Assembly: GCA_020720805.1 (NCBI GenBank)
Contig: DYNZ01000003.1
Span: forward strand, 35,927 to 99,926
Direction of reading: 5' to 3'
From: Leptospira biflexa
GTDB lineage: Bacteria; Spirochaetota; DYNZ01
DNA: 64,000 bases
Shown: piece by piece, positions 30,001 to 39,289 of the stretch
Numbering within the stretch: position 1 is the stretch's first letter
Layout of the letters: every line of letters starts with the position of its first letter
Notes under the pieces: model-generated
Told to the model about the DNA's origin: nothing
The model's database searches: none
What the model saw: only the letters and a program-made list of their open reading frames with translations
Translations under genes and position numbers: made by a program

Positions 30001-31449
30001 ATGGGAAAACCAACTGGATTCAAAGAGTTTACACGAGAGTTGCCGGGCAAAAAGACGGTTGAAGAGCGTCTCCAGGATTATAAAGAGTTTATAAAAAGCT
30101 TTCCAGAAGAAAAATTAATCAACCAGGCAGCACGATGTATGGATTGCGGTATTCCATTTTGCCATAGTGGTTGTCCGTTGGGTAATTTAATTCCTGACTG
30201 GAATGATATGGTTTACCGTGAAAACTGGGCCGAGGCTGCTCGCCGTCTGCATGCTACCAATAATTTTCCTGAGTTTACGGGAAGAATCTGCCCTGCGCCC
30301 TGTGAAGAGGCTTGTGTCCTCGGTATCAATGAGCCGCCTGTGACAATTGAAAATATTGAGTATAGTATTATCGAATATGCATTTGATCATGGGATGATTT
30401 TGCCTCAACCTCCAAAACAGAGGACTGGCCGTAAAGTAGCGGTCATTGGGTCTGGACCGGCAGGTTTAGCAGCAGCCCAGCAGTTGAATCGTGCCGGACA
30501 CAACGTAACTGTTTATGAGAGATCGGATAAAATTGGCGGGCTGCTGCGTTACGGCATTCCGGATTTTAAGTTAGAAAAATGGATTGTTGATCGGCGCATC
30601 AATCAAATGACCAAAGAGGGCGTTGTCTTTGAAACCGGTGTTCATGTCGGTGTAAATTTTTCTGTAGAGAGGCTAGAAGTTTTTGATGCTATAGTTTTAG
30701 CCGGAGGAAGTACCATTCCCAGGGATTTGTCGATTCCGGGTCGGGAGATGAATGGAATTCATTTTGCAATGGATTTCTTAACCCAGCAAAATCGAAAAAA
30801 CTCAGGATTGGATCTTGGCGAAACCCAAATCAAGGCAAAAAATAAAAGGGTTATTGTGATCGGTGGCGGCGATACAGGTAGCGATTGTGTTGGTACTGCC
30901 AATCGGCAGGGGGCAAAATCGGTGCTCAATTTTGAGCTATTTTCGAAACCTTCTCCCGATAGACCAGCTAATCAACCCTGGCCCTATTTTCCTGTCAGGC
31001 TAAAAAATACATCCTCTCATGAAGAGGGATGCCAGCGCGAATGGTCTATTATGACCAAAGAGTTTATCGGCAACCATGGTAAGCTGGAAAAACTGAAAAC
31101 GGTTTCTGTGGCTTTTGACCCTAAGAAGGGAATGGTTGAAGTTCCGGGCTCTGAGAAAGAGTGGCCAGTAGATCTGGTGCTTCTAGCGCTTGGCTTTTTA
31201 GGGCCAGCAAAAGAGGGGATGATCGCCCAACTGGAAATTGAGTTGGATGAACGCGGAAATGTAAAATCGAATGCTCAGTATCGAACCAGTAAAGAGAAGA
31301 TTTTTACTACAGGTGATATGCGACGCGGCCAATCACTTGTTGTCTGGGCGATTTCTGAAGGTCGGGAAGTTGCCTACCATGTTGATCAATTTCTCATGGG
31401 ATCTTCATTGTTGCCTCGTAAAGGCGATGTTGATCTACCCCGCATTTAA
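30001..31449 (+). CDS. gltD: glutamate synthase small subunit
   Basis: The ORF opens at 29956, but the likely start is ATG 30001 ([10 protein letters not shown], with an AGGAG Shine-Dalgarno 7 nt upstream). 4Fe-4S Cys clusters and [17 protein letters not shown]-binding motif. Confidence 0.9.
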   Translation: MGKPTGFKEFTRELPGKKTVEERLQDYKEFIKSFPEEKLINQAARCMDCGIPFCHSGCPLGNLIPDWNDMVYRENWAEAARRLHATNNFPEFTGRICPAPCEEACVLGINEPPVTIENIEYSIIEYAFDHGMILPQPPKQRTGRKVAVIGSGPAGLAAAQQLNRAGHNVTVYERSDKIGGLLRYGIPDFKLEKWIVDRRINQMTKEGVVFETGVHVGVNFSVERLEVFDAIVLAGGSTIPRDLSIPGREMNGIHFAMDFLTQQNRKNSGLDLGETQIKAKNKRVIVIGGGDTGSDCVGTANRQGAKSVLNFELFSKPSPDRPANQPWPYFPVRLKNTSSHEEGCQREWSIMTKEFIGNHGKLEKLKTVSVAFDPKKGMVEVPGSEKEWPVDLVLLALGFLGPAKEGMIAQLEIELDERGNVKSNAQYRTSKEKIFTTGDMRRGQSLVVWAISEGREVAYHVDQFLMGSSLLPRKGDVDLPRI

Positions 31450-31461
31450 TGCACTTAGGAT

Positions 31462-31499
31462 TCTTCGGACTAGCGAGTGATGCCCGTCTGGTCCGAAGA
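31462..31499 (+). terminator. 9-bp perfect inverted repeat (TCTTCGGAC ... GTCCGAAGA) downstream of gltD; weak terminator candidate
   Basis: Stem 31462-31470 and 31491-31499 with a 20-nt loop. The downstream T-rich stretch is not immediately adjacent, so this is tentative. Confidence 0.3.
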
Positions 31500-31639
31500 T
31501 CACCTGTCAATTTTGTAAATATACCTTTTTCAAAAAAATACAGAATAACTCTTGCTTATCTTAGTTTGTCGTACTACATTTTAAAATGCAGTTCATATTA
31601 TAATGGATAATGGTTCCTGCATGTTAGAAGAGGTATGCA

Positions 31640-33511
31640 ATGATATCCTTTGGTAAGTTTCAGACGAACAATGAATTTTTTATGGCTCCCGTAAAAACAG
31701 CCATGGCAACTCCTGGCGAAGGGGTGCTGACAACGGATCAGATCGAGTACTATACTACCCGAGCCAGGGGAGGAGTGGGTACTATTATTCTGGAACCTAT
31801 CGCTGTCTTGAAAAGCGGCAAAGAGCATCCCAAACAGCTCATGATGACTACCCTTCAACATCAGGATCAACTGAAACGACTTGTGGAATTGCTTCATAGC
31901 CACAACACAAAGGTGATTGTTCATTTGAATCATGCTGGTCGCGGGGCAAATCCTACAGTGACGGGGGAAGCCCCGGTATCGGCCTCTGCGGTAAGTTGTC
32001 CGGCATCTGGAGCACAGGCGCGTGCTCTATCCAAGTCAGAAATAGTCGAAATCATCGCAGCGTTCAGCCAACATGCCGTTGCTGCTGAAAAATTAGGCGT
32101 AGATGGCATCGAAATTCAGTTTGGACATGGCTATCTGGTAAGTCAATTTCAATCTGCTGGTATCAACCAAAGGGAAGATGAGTACGGACAAGATCGTCTT
32201 TTGTTCGCGCGTCAACTACTTGAGTCTATCCAGGCTGATACATCTCTGCCGATTTTTTTGCGCATTTCAGGCAGCGATTTTACTGCTAACGGAGTGACTG
32301 ATGAAGATATAAAAAATTTACTTTTGTATGCTGAAACTAGAAAGGTGAGCGCTATTCATGTTGGCTGGGGAAATGTTTGCGAAACACCACCCTGGTATTA
32401 CAACCATATGTCCTTGCCTACGAATGTTATGGATCAGAAGCTCAGGATGATTCGTAGCTGGACCAGTTTGCCGATGATTGCTGCAGGAAGAATGCAGTCG
32501 CAAAATCGATTTCATTCTTTGCTATCGGATAACACGATTCAAGGCGTTGCTCTTGGACGGCAATTGATTATTGATCCCGATTATCCGTCAAAAATATTAC
32601 AGCAGCAAAAAGATATCATTCGTTGCGGGGGATGTCTGCAGGGTTGTTTGAGTAACGTAAAAAAGAGATTGCCGATTGGATGTATAGCAAATCCGCGTGT
32701 AGCCAGCAAAAATATTTTGCCTCCCATAAAAAAGAAAAATGTGGCGATTGTCGGCGGAGGCGTGGCCGGAATGTTTGCCGGACTGTTTTTAAAAGAGAGG
32801 GGTGCAAATGTCACTCTCTATGAAAAGGAGACAGAGTTGGGAGGTCAGTGGCACCACATTTATCGATCCCCTGGGAAGAATATGATGAAAGATACATTGG
32901 AGGATATCATTGCCCTGACAGAAAAAAGTATCAATGTGCATAAGGAACGGGAGATCGAAGCTGGTTTTATAAAAGAGCAGAAATTTGACTCTGTTCTCAT
33001 TGCAACCGGCGCAGAGGCCATCATTCCGAATATTCCGGGTCTGTCCTCATTTTATACCGGTTTTGATCTATATTTGCAGCCATCTCTTCCTGGTATCTCT
33101 TATGTGGTGATAGGAGGGGGCCTAATTGGAATGGAGGCTGCCGAACATCTGGTCCAGTTAGGTAAAAAAGTGACTGTCGTTGAGCTGCTTGAAGAGACGG
33201 GAAAGGGAATGGAGGCCATTTCGCAGAAGTTATTAATGAAAGAGCTTCAGGGAAGAGCATCTATCCTCACAAAGACCAGGGTAAATCGAATTGTGAATCA
33301 GGAAGTTTTTATAAACTCAGATTCTGGAGAAACCTCTTTAGGGTATTTTGATGGAATCGTTCTGGCTGTAGGAACTAAGTCCGTGAGTTCACTTTACAGC
33401 CAACTCAAGGGGATCCTGCCAGATGTGTATCTCCTGGGTGATGCGAGGTCCCCTGGGCAGGTAATGGAAGCAACGCGAGATGCTTTGGAGATTGTTTCTA
33501 ACATAGAATAG
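31640..33511 (+). CDS. two-domain flavin oxidoreductase: OYE-like FMN TIM barrel plus FAD/NAD(P)-binding domain (2,4-dienoyl-CoA reductase / NADH oxidase family)
   Basis: 623 aa. N-terminal old-yellow-enzyme-like region (MAPVKT..., HLNHAGR). A Cys-rich linker, then C-terminal VAIVGGGVAGMFAG dinucleotide-binding domain. Confidence 0.75.
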   Translation: MISFGKFQTNNEFFMAPVKTAMATPGEGVLTTDQIEYYTTRARGGVGTIILEPIAVLKSGKEHPKQLMMTTLQHQDQLKRLVELLHSHNTKVIVHLNHAGRGANPTVTGEAPVSASAVSCPASGAQARALSKSEIVEIIAAFSQHAVAAEKLGVDGIEIQFGHGYLVSQFQSAGINQREDEYGQDRLLFARQLLESIQADTSLPIFLRISGSDFTANGVTDEDIKNLLLYAETRKVSAIHVGWGNVCETPPWYYNHMSLPTNVMDQKLRMIRSWTSLPMIAAGRMQSQNRFHSLLSDNTIQGVALGRQLIIDPDYPSKILQQQKDIIRCGGCLQGCLSNVKKRLPIGCIANPRVASKNILPPIKKKNVAIVGGGVAGMFAGLFLKERGANVTLYEKETELGGQWHHIYRSPGKNMMKDTLEDIIALTEKSINVHKEREIEAGFIKEQKFDSVLIATGAEAIIPNIPGLSSFYTGFDLYLQPSLPGISYVVIGGGLIGMEAAEHLVQLGKKVTVVELLEETGKGMEAISQKLLMKELQGRASILTKTRVNRIVNQEVFINSDSGETSLGYFDGIVLAVGTKSVSSLYSQLKGILPDVYLLGDARSPGQVMEATRDALEIVSNIE

Positions 33512-33530
33512 AAGGGATTCTTGCCCCTTT

Positions 33531-34715
33531 TTAAGGAACAGGGGTTATGGGAAAGCGTAACTCATCGAATAGAGAGAGATCGCACTTGGCTGGTAACCGT
33601 AACGGATACTTTGAGAATTCATGGCGATGATTGTATTCTTTCCTGATTTTATCAAAATGAGCAGGGTTTGAAGTAAATTCCTGTTGTATCTCCTGTAGGG
33701 GAAGAATTGTATTCAGAATCAGGGAAAGCTCTTGGATTCCTCTGGCCGAGTCATTCCAGTCTAAAAATGGAGAATAACCAGACTTTTGCTCCCAAAAAAG
33801 ATGATCAGGATTCCAATGTTGTTGCATAACTTCGTTTGAGAAGTGGTATCGTGCCTGTTCGGGAATGTTAAGAAAATTTTGTACATCTTCTAAAACCATC
33901 GCATAGCCAAGCCACCTTCCTTCAAGGGAGTAACCGGCTATATGGGGAGTAGCAATGTTTGGAAAAGAGCCCGCCCTTTTCAGGATTTGTGTTGAGGGTG
34001 TCGGTTCATTTTCAAATACATCCAGGCAGATTGATGCTGGATGGTTTTGTATCAAATACTCCTCAGAAATAATCCCCCCTCTGGATGTGTTGATCAGGAG
34101 GGCATCCTTTCTCGGTTTGAACATTTGAGGAATATAATGAAAAGTAGGGTAGTATGATGTTTTTGTTAGCGGCACATGAAATGTAATCATTTTTGCCTTG
34201 GTTAAGCTATCAGGGCTTTTGAGAATGACAGTCCCCTTGCATCTCTGCTGTAATTCTGTAGTAGATAGAAATGGATCAAAGACCAGAATATGGGAAAATC
34301 CTAATTTGCCGAGCCAGGAACTGATTTTACTGCCGATATGACCGCAGCCAACCACAGCGATCAAATCTTCCTTTTGAACCATTCCCAGATGGAGCCAGTC
34401 GATACAGACCTTGAAAACATATTCTGCGACCGAATGGCTATTGGCTCCAGATGCATGGTAGATGCGTATGTTGGGAAATTTTGCCTGGTCTATCACAATA
34501 TGGTCTATGCCGGTTGTAGCGCTGCCAATATATGCCAGGTTTGGCATGCACGAAAGCGCTGCTTTATCAATTGCGGTTGTGCTGCGAATCAATAAAAGAT
34601 TTGCCCGGTGTGTCTCCGTCATATGGAGTAAATTTCGTCCATCGGCAAATATAACTTCATCCCATTGGCTCAGGATAGATTCGAGAAAACGATAGGAGGA
34701 TTCTGCCAGGATCAA
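33531..34715 (-). CDS. pdxB: erythronate-4-phosphate dehydrogenase (PLP biosynthesis), PdxB-like
   Basis: 394 aa. D-2-hydroxyacid dehydrogenase core (IRSTTAIDKAAL, YIGSATTGIDHI, VVGCGHIG, HIAGYS) plus a PdxB-type C-terminal dimerisation extension (FDKIRKEYNHRHEFS). Confidence 0.75.
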   Translation of the reverse strand: MILAESSYRFLESILSQWDEVIFADGRNLLHMTETHRANLLLIRSTTAIDKAALSCMPNLAYIGSATTGIDHIVIDQAKFPNIRIYHASGANSHSVAEYVFKVCIDWLHLGMVQKEDLIAVVGCGHIGSKISSWLGKLGFSHILVFDPFLSTTELQQRCKGTVILKSPDSLTKAKMITFHVPLTKTSYYPTFHYIPQMFKPRKDALLINTSRGGIISEEYLIQNHPASICLDVFENEPTPSTQILKRAGSFPNIATPHIAGYSLEGRWLGYAMVLEDVQNFLNIPEQARYHFSNEVMQQHWNPDHLFWEQKSGYSPFLDWNDSARGIQELSLILNTILPLQEIQQEFTSNPAHFDKIRKEYNHRHEFSKYPLRLPAKCDLSLFDELRFPITPVP

Positions 34716-34721
34716 GATTGA

Positions 34722-36305
34722 TTATCTCTTTCGCCAGAATGGGCCATAGTGCTTTCCTGGATAGAAGGAGAAGTAGCGTTCCTCCTTTGGCATCTCTCTT
34801 ATAAAGATATTCGCAGAGCTGCGCTCAAACGGGGGTGTGGTCGGTGATTTTCCATAAAACTGCAGAGGTAACCATTGCAGATGAAAAAAAGGATCTTTTC
34901 CTGTTCGGCCATGAAATCCCTGGTAGTAGGTTTTTTCTGATTGTAAAGGATCTTTGCCTTCATCGCTTTTCACCAAACCAGGTTCCTGCCACCTTACTAT
35001 TTTTTTCCATTCTAGAGCCCGATGTTCGGAGAAATCGAGTAAGAAATTTTGGTCGGCTCCTAAGGCAACACTGGCCAGCAACTGACCTGGTAAATTCCAG
35101 TTTTGCGGTGGGGTGATCACCTTAAATTTCCCCTTTTTCATCAGAGGAAACCTATCCTTGGCAAAACCTAAAGCATTGATCATAGACGATTCGGTTTTTA
35201 CAGGAATACTTATAGCTTGAAGATCTTTTTGGTTTAGGGGAATATTGGGGATAGTCACATTCGAACCGTCAGACCAGAATCCCTTGGCCACATAGAGGAT
35301 AGGATGCCCATTCACCGAGTTGATGTTGTCCCAATGTGTATCGACCAAAATGGAGTTGTGTCCGATTGTAGCAATTCGAATTGGCTGAAATTGAGGATCC
35401 AGAAGAACGCTATATCCCTGCCAGCCTCCTTGATGCTGGTTTCCAAGATACGATGGGCCTGAGGTGGAATCATACCAAAACCAGTAGGATAAAACATAGC
35501 CCTTGGAATTTTTATTATCATACCAGTAATAGTCCGGTTGGAAATCCTCCAATCGACCGGTCTGCTCGCCAGTATAGTGAGTGGCCATGGGGCGTATATG
35601 ATAATAGAGAAAGGGTGAGCTCAACTCCTTTAATTTGGCGTGCTTGCTTGAATCTCCAAGCCGTAGATAGGATCCCTGATGGGGTGGGGCTCCGGCACGG
35701 TTTTTCTTTGCCACCTGATAGATTTCTTTACTGTGATAAAAGAAATATTTTTCAATATTGGATGGCAAGAACTCCTTGTCCTTTGCAAAAACCAATATCG
35801 GCGCATATTTAACAGCCACAGCCTCCGCAGTACTTGATGAAATGGGGTTTTCCATGGGTAAGAGGCGAATATCGCGAACGGTTTCCACCGGAATAGAGGG
35901 AAGAGCATTTTTGTGGTTGAGATACTCTTTGGTAAACTCCCAGAAAGGGTTATATCCTGGCGAGTACCGCAGATACTTATTTTGAAATTGCTGTTGGTAA
36001 TTGATCCAGGCTATTTGTGTGGCCACTATTTTTTCGGGAGCAATATCGAGAATTATATTAAAAAAATAGAGACCATGGTCGTTAGAGCTTGTTTGGTAAA
36101 TTTTATAATCGATTTTTCCCTGAATATCCTTAAAGAAAATACGAAGCTGCAACAGTGCTCCGTCTACCTTCCCTCCGCGTTCGTCATAAATAAATCCTTC
36201 TCTGCGAAATTGGTATGGCTGTAGCGCTTGTACAGCTGATAGAGTGCAAAAAAGAAATAGGAGTGTGTACCATAATTTTACATAGATTTTATTGGATTTC
36301 ACCAT
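34722..36305 (-). CDS. secreted hypothetical protein with Vps62/DUF946-like N-terminal region
   Basis: 527 aa. Signal peptide. VKYAPILVFAKDKEFLPSNIEKYFF resembles the DUF946 (Vps62) signature. Trp/Tyr-rich. Ends 7 bp before the pdxB start, so it is likely co-transcribed. Confidence 0.55.
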   Translation of the reverse strand: MVKSNKIYVKLWYTLLFLFCTLSAVQALQPYQFRREGFIYDERGGKVDGALLQLRIFFKDIQGKIDYKIYQTSSNDHGLYFFNIILDIAPEKIVATQIAWINYQQQFQNKYLRYSPGYNPFWEFTKEYLNHKNALPSIPVETVRDIRLLPMENPISSSTAEAVAVKYAPILVFAKDKEFLPSNIEKYFFYHSKEIYQVAKKNRAGAPPHQGSYLRLGDSSKHAKLKELSSPFLYYHIRPMATHYTGEQTGRLEDFQPDYYWYDNKNSKGYVLSYWFWYDSTSGPSYLGNQHQGGWQGYSVLLDPQFQPIRIATIGHNSILVDTHWDNINSVNGHPILYVAKGFWSDGSNVTIPNIPLNQKDLQAISIPVKTESSMINALGFAKDRFPLMKKGKFKVITPPQNWNLPGQLLASVALGADQNFLLDFSEHRALEWKKIVRWQEPGLVKSDEGKDPLQSEKTYYQGFHGRTGKDPFFHLQWLPLQFYGKSPTTPPFERSSANIFIREMPKEERYFSFYPGKHYGPFWRKR

Positions 36306-36517
36306 GTGAAAGCATCTCCTTGTTCCAGGTTTTCATCAAATTATCATAATTTTTTCATAAACACATTGCTTGCATTATACTGCGAAAAATGGTATCATTA
36401 TCTATATAAAATTGGCTTTCCGAAGCGAGGCCATTCGAAAAACCATAACTTTTATAGGTAGCAATTCTGGTCAGAATCCTATTTTGTTACGATTTCTCAG
36501 CTAGTAGAAAGAGCAAC

Positions 36518-36590
36518 CAATTGCAAAAAAAATCGCAACTTAAAATTGTGGTGTTTCGGTAAAATAATCATTGCAAAAATCTGCAATTGG
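36518..36590 (+). promoter_or_regulatory. two ~22-bp direct repeats (CAATTGCAAAAAAAATCGCAAC / CATTGCAAAAATCTGCAATTGG) upstream of the dksA-like gene
   Basis: Read directly at 36518-36539 and 36569-36590, 50-120 bp upstream of the probable ATG at 36637. Confidence 0.4.
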
Positions 36591-36636
36591 AAAAGGCTTT
36601 GATCCCATTTTTGTCGTAAGACCCGGAGTAATATCA

Positions 36637-36984
36637 ATGGATAAAAAGAAACTCGAAAAATTTCATAAATTGCTTATGCAGGAGAAAGAGACCCTGCTGA
36701 AAGGGATTTTAACGGAGGATGTTCTCGAAAAGATTGGCGTGGAAGGGTCAGGGGATATTGTGGATGTGGCCAGCAATCTGTATGATACAGAATTTTTTCT
36801 ACAACTAGCGAGCCATGATCAGGAGACGATTCATCTCATCGATAGAGCTCTCGAGAAGATTGATGAGGGAACCTACGGTATTTGTGAAGGGACTGGCAAA
36901 CCAATCAAAGAGGCTCGCCTTGAAGCAATTCCTTGGACACCCTACAGTATCGAATACGCTCAGGAGCTAGCAAAGAAAAAATAG
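36637..36984 (+). CDS. DksA/TraR-family RNA polymerase-binding factor, zinc-finger Cys mostly absent
   Basis: The ORF-track start 36571 is a TTG. ATG 36637 has a GGAG Shine-Dalgarno and is more plausible (115 aa). Coiled-coil tip motif DIVDVAS (DxxDxA). The C-terminal region aligns with the DksA zinc ribbon but keeps only 1 of 4 Cys (YGICEGTGKPI ... SIEYA). Confidence 0.65.
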   Translation: MDKKKLEKFHKLLMQEKETLLKGILTEDVLEKIGVEGSGDIVDVASNLYDTEFFLQLASHDQETIHLIDRALEKIDEGTYGICEGTGKPIKEARLEAIPWTPYSIEYAQELAKKK

Positions 36985-36988
36985 TTGT

Positions 36989-37447
36989 TTAGTTAAAATA
37001 TTTTTTTAACAAGGCAATAAAATCTGGATCAGATCTTAAATAATTTAAGTCTCTGTCATTTTCTATCGCCTCTCTGTGTTGAAAGCCGTAACGTAATGCC
37101 AGCTCCAGATGGCGCAAAGCTTGTCCCTTCTCTTTTTTTAATGCCAAGGCGCAAGCAAGGTTATAATGTACAGCCTTAAATTCTGGATAAATTTCTAAGG
37201 TCTTTTTGTAATATTCAACCTCTTTGTCTAAAGATCCCTGTGAGCCATATAGATATCCAAGCTGCGCCAGGGAGTTGACATCTGTCGGTTTGGTTTTGAT
37301 ATGATTTTCCAGCTCCTGGATTTTTTTCGCAATTTGCGAATCCATTCCTGCCGGATTCTGATGGTCCACTTTTTTTAGCTCTCCGCTTGAACATCCTCCC
37401 AAAGCAGTAAACACAATGATAAGGAAAAGCCATCTGGTGTTTTGCAT
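36989..37447 (-). CDS. TPR-repeat lipoprotein
   Basis: 152 aa. Lipobox LGGCSS. TPR-like repeats (LAQLGYLYGSQGSLDKEVEYYKKTLEIYPEF...). Confidence 0.65.
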   Translation of the reverse strand: MQNTRWLFLIIVFTALGGCSSGELKKVDHQNPAGMDSQIAKKIQELENHIKTKPTDVNSLAQLGYLYGSQGSLDKEVEYYKKTLEIYPEFKAVHYNLACALALKKEKGQALRHLELALRYGFQHREAIENDRDLNYLRSDPDFIALLKKYFN

Positions 37448-37468
37448 GATTAGCTCCTTGGTTATAGT

Positions 37469-38170
37469 TTATTGTTCCATTTCCTGCAGCAGGCGCGCTG
37501 GAATTTTCAGACCTAAACGCTGTGACCAGAAAATCAGTCTGATCCGAATGGATTTCATGTTCATGCGCCTGTCCCAAAGGGCACCAATACCAGAAAGTTT
37601 GGAATTTGGCTGAAGAATTCTCAGGAGCATTTTTTGAACTGTTTCCCCCTCTTTAGCCTTGCATTGCCAAAGTTGTTCGCCAATACTGAGAATGGTTTGA
37701 TTGGTGTTATAATTTTCGCGTATAATGAGGTCAATATCATGTTGAATCTGCTCTTCATCGGTACGCAACATAGCAGAGATGGTTTCCAGACGAAAAAAAA
37801 GGAATGATTCAATAAATTTTAGCATGAATTCTGCGTTTTCTTTTTTGGCTATCTGGTAAGTTTTGATCAAGCCATCGACCATCTGTAGGGTCAGAAAAGA
37901 GTATCTGGTTTTTCGTTCAACTTTGGCATGCCGGATATCGTTTAAAAAAGAGTTATGCTCGGATTTTCCATTTCGAATATAGAAAAATCTTAAATTGGTG
38001 ACGCAGTATCCCCTTGGCGTTTTGCTAAAATCGCTAAGTCCCATGTAGGAGTTGTCAGAAAAAAAAAGTAAAATCGTTTCTCCTCGCGAAAGAATTTCCT
38101 GTTTTTCTAGAAATTCCCGTATGGCCAATGGTATGTCGCTTTTTTTGCGAATAGAACCGGCTTTGATCAT
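37469..38170 (-). CDS. hypothetical protein, possible bacterial PH-like N-terminal domain
   Basis: 233 aa, no confident domain. Residues ~30-110 resemble a bPH/GRAM-like beta sandwich. Overlaps the upstream gene by 4 bp (ATGA). Confidence 0.5.
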   Translation of the reverse strand: MIKAGSIRKKSDIPLAIREFLEKQEILSRGETILLFFSDNSYMGLSDFSKTPRGYCVTNLRFFYIRNGKSEHNSFLNDIRHAKVERKTRYSFLTLQMVDGLIKTYQIAKKENAEFMLKFIESFLFFRLETISAMLRTDEEQIQHDIDLIIRENYNTNQTILSIGEQLWQCKAKEGETVQKMLLRILQPNSKLSGIGALWDRRMNMKSIRIRLIFWSQRLGLKIPARLLQEMEQ

Positions 38171-38859
38171 ACTGTTTTATTGTATTGCAGGGCTAAGGGT
38201 AAAAAACGGTTATGGGTCGTCTTGATGACCCGTTCTTCGCTGTTGATAAGATTGGAAATTTTTTGAAAGCCGCTTTCGATTTGGAAGGCCCAGATCTCTG
38301 CTGAAGCGTTTATCTCCTGAATTGGTATGGCAGGGTTATAACTCCAGGTAAAAGTTGGCTGGCTCTCAAGCCAAAGAGAAAGTGCCTTCCTTTCAGCTTC
38401 TAAGGTAAGCCCTGTATCGCATACCTTAATGTGGTTGCTATCAATTAATAATATGGCAAATCCGGCCATTTTATCAACATTTCCATTCTTGATGTAAATG
38501 ACACCATCTAATTTCTTGTCTCGGGCGATCTGAAAAGCCATCCAGTCTATATATTTTTCCCAGTCGCGGGGATTAATTTTTTTTGCTCTTTTTTCCAGCC
38601 GTTCCGTGTCGAGAAGAATGATAGATTTATCAAGAGGTTGAATTGTATCGGACAAAAAATTTATTAATGGATTATTGTCGAAAACGGTGGTTTGGAAAAT
38701 ATTTTCTGTTTCGGAGCCCTTCCAGTTTTGTGTCGCCGTAAAATTTTTTTGCGACTTTGGGGTGAATCGAAACGGAAAAAAGGGAGCCTGGTTTAATCTA
38801 TCGGAAAAAAGAGCATAGAATACCGGCTGGGTGATGGCTCGGGCGAGATAATCATCCAT
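38167..38859 (-). CDS. hypothetical protein
   Basis: 230 aa, no recognisable motif. First gene of a 3-gene minus-strand operon, downstream of a 430-bp AT-rich divergent promoter region. Confidence 0.5.
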   Translation of the reverse strand: MDDYLARAITQPVFYALFSDRLNQAPFFPFRFTPKSQKNFTATQNWKGSETENIFQTTVFDNNPLINFLSDTIQPLDKSIILLDTERLEKRAKKINPRDWEKYIDWMAFQIARDKKLDGVIYIKNGNVDKMAGFAILLIDSNHIKVCDTGLTLEAERKALSLWLESQPTFTWSYNPAIPIQEINASAEIWAFQIESGFQKISNLINSEERVIKTTHNRFLPLALQYNKTV

Positions 38860-39289
38860 AACATGACCTTATAAAACCTTTCGTATCGTTGCCAGAAACT
38901 TGACCGTCTATATTTTATACTTTTAGGCATTGTGTTTGCCGGCTTTGCCGGTACAGAAGAACTGTTATGTTTTTGTGAGGCAGTGAGAAAGGAACAGCTC
39001 TTTCTGAACGACCGTTATGCCTGAAAGTTGGTCAATTAATTATCATATAATGCGACATAAATTTGATTTTTTGTCAATCAATAAGAATAAAATTATGCAT
39101 TTTTTTAGAATTTTTTATCCGAAGTGATTTTTTTTGCGATTTACGCTTTTTGTATAATTTTCGCCTTGCCAGGGCGTTCATTTTCGATAAAATTTTTTAA
39201 ATGAATTGCACGTGCGTTAAATTTTGCATTACAGATAAGCTGTTGTAATGAACTCTTTTAAATAGGAACGCTTCAAGCAGGAACTGTTC

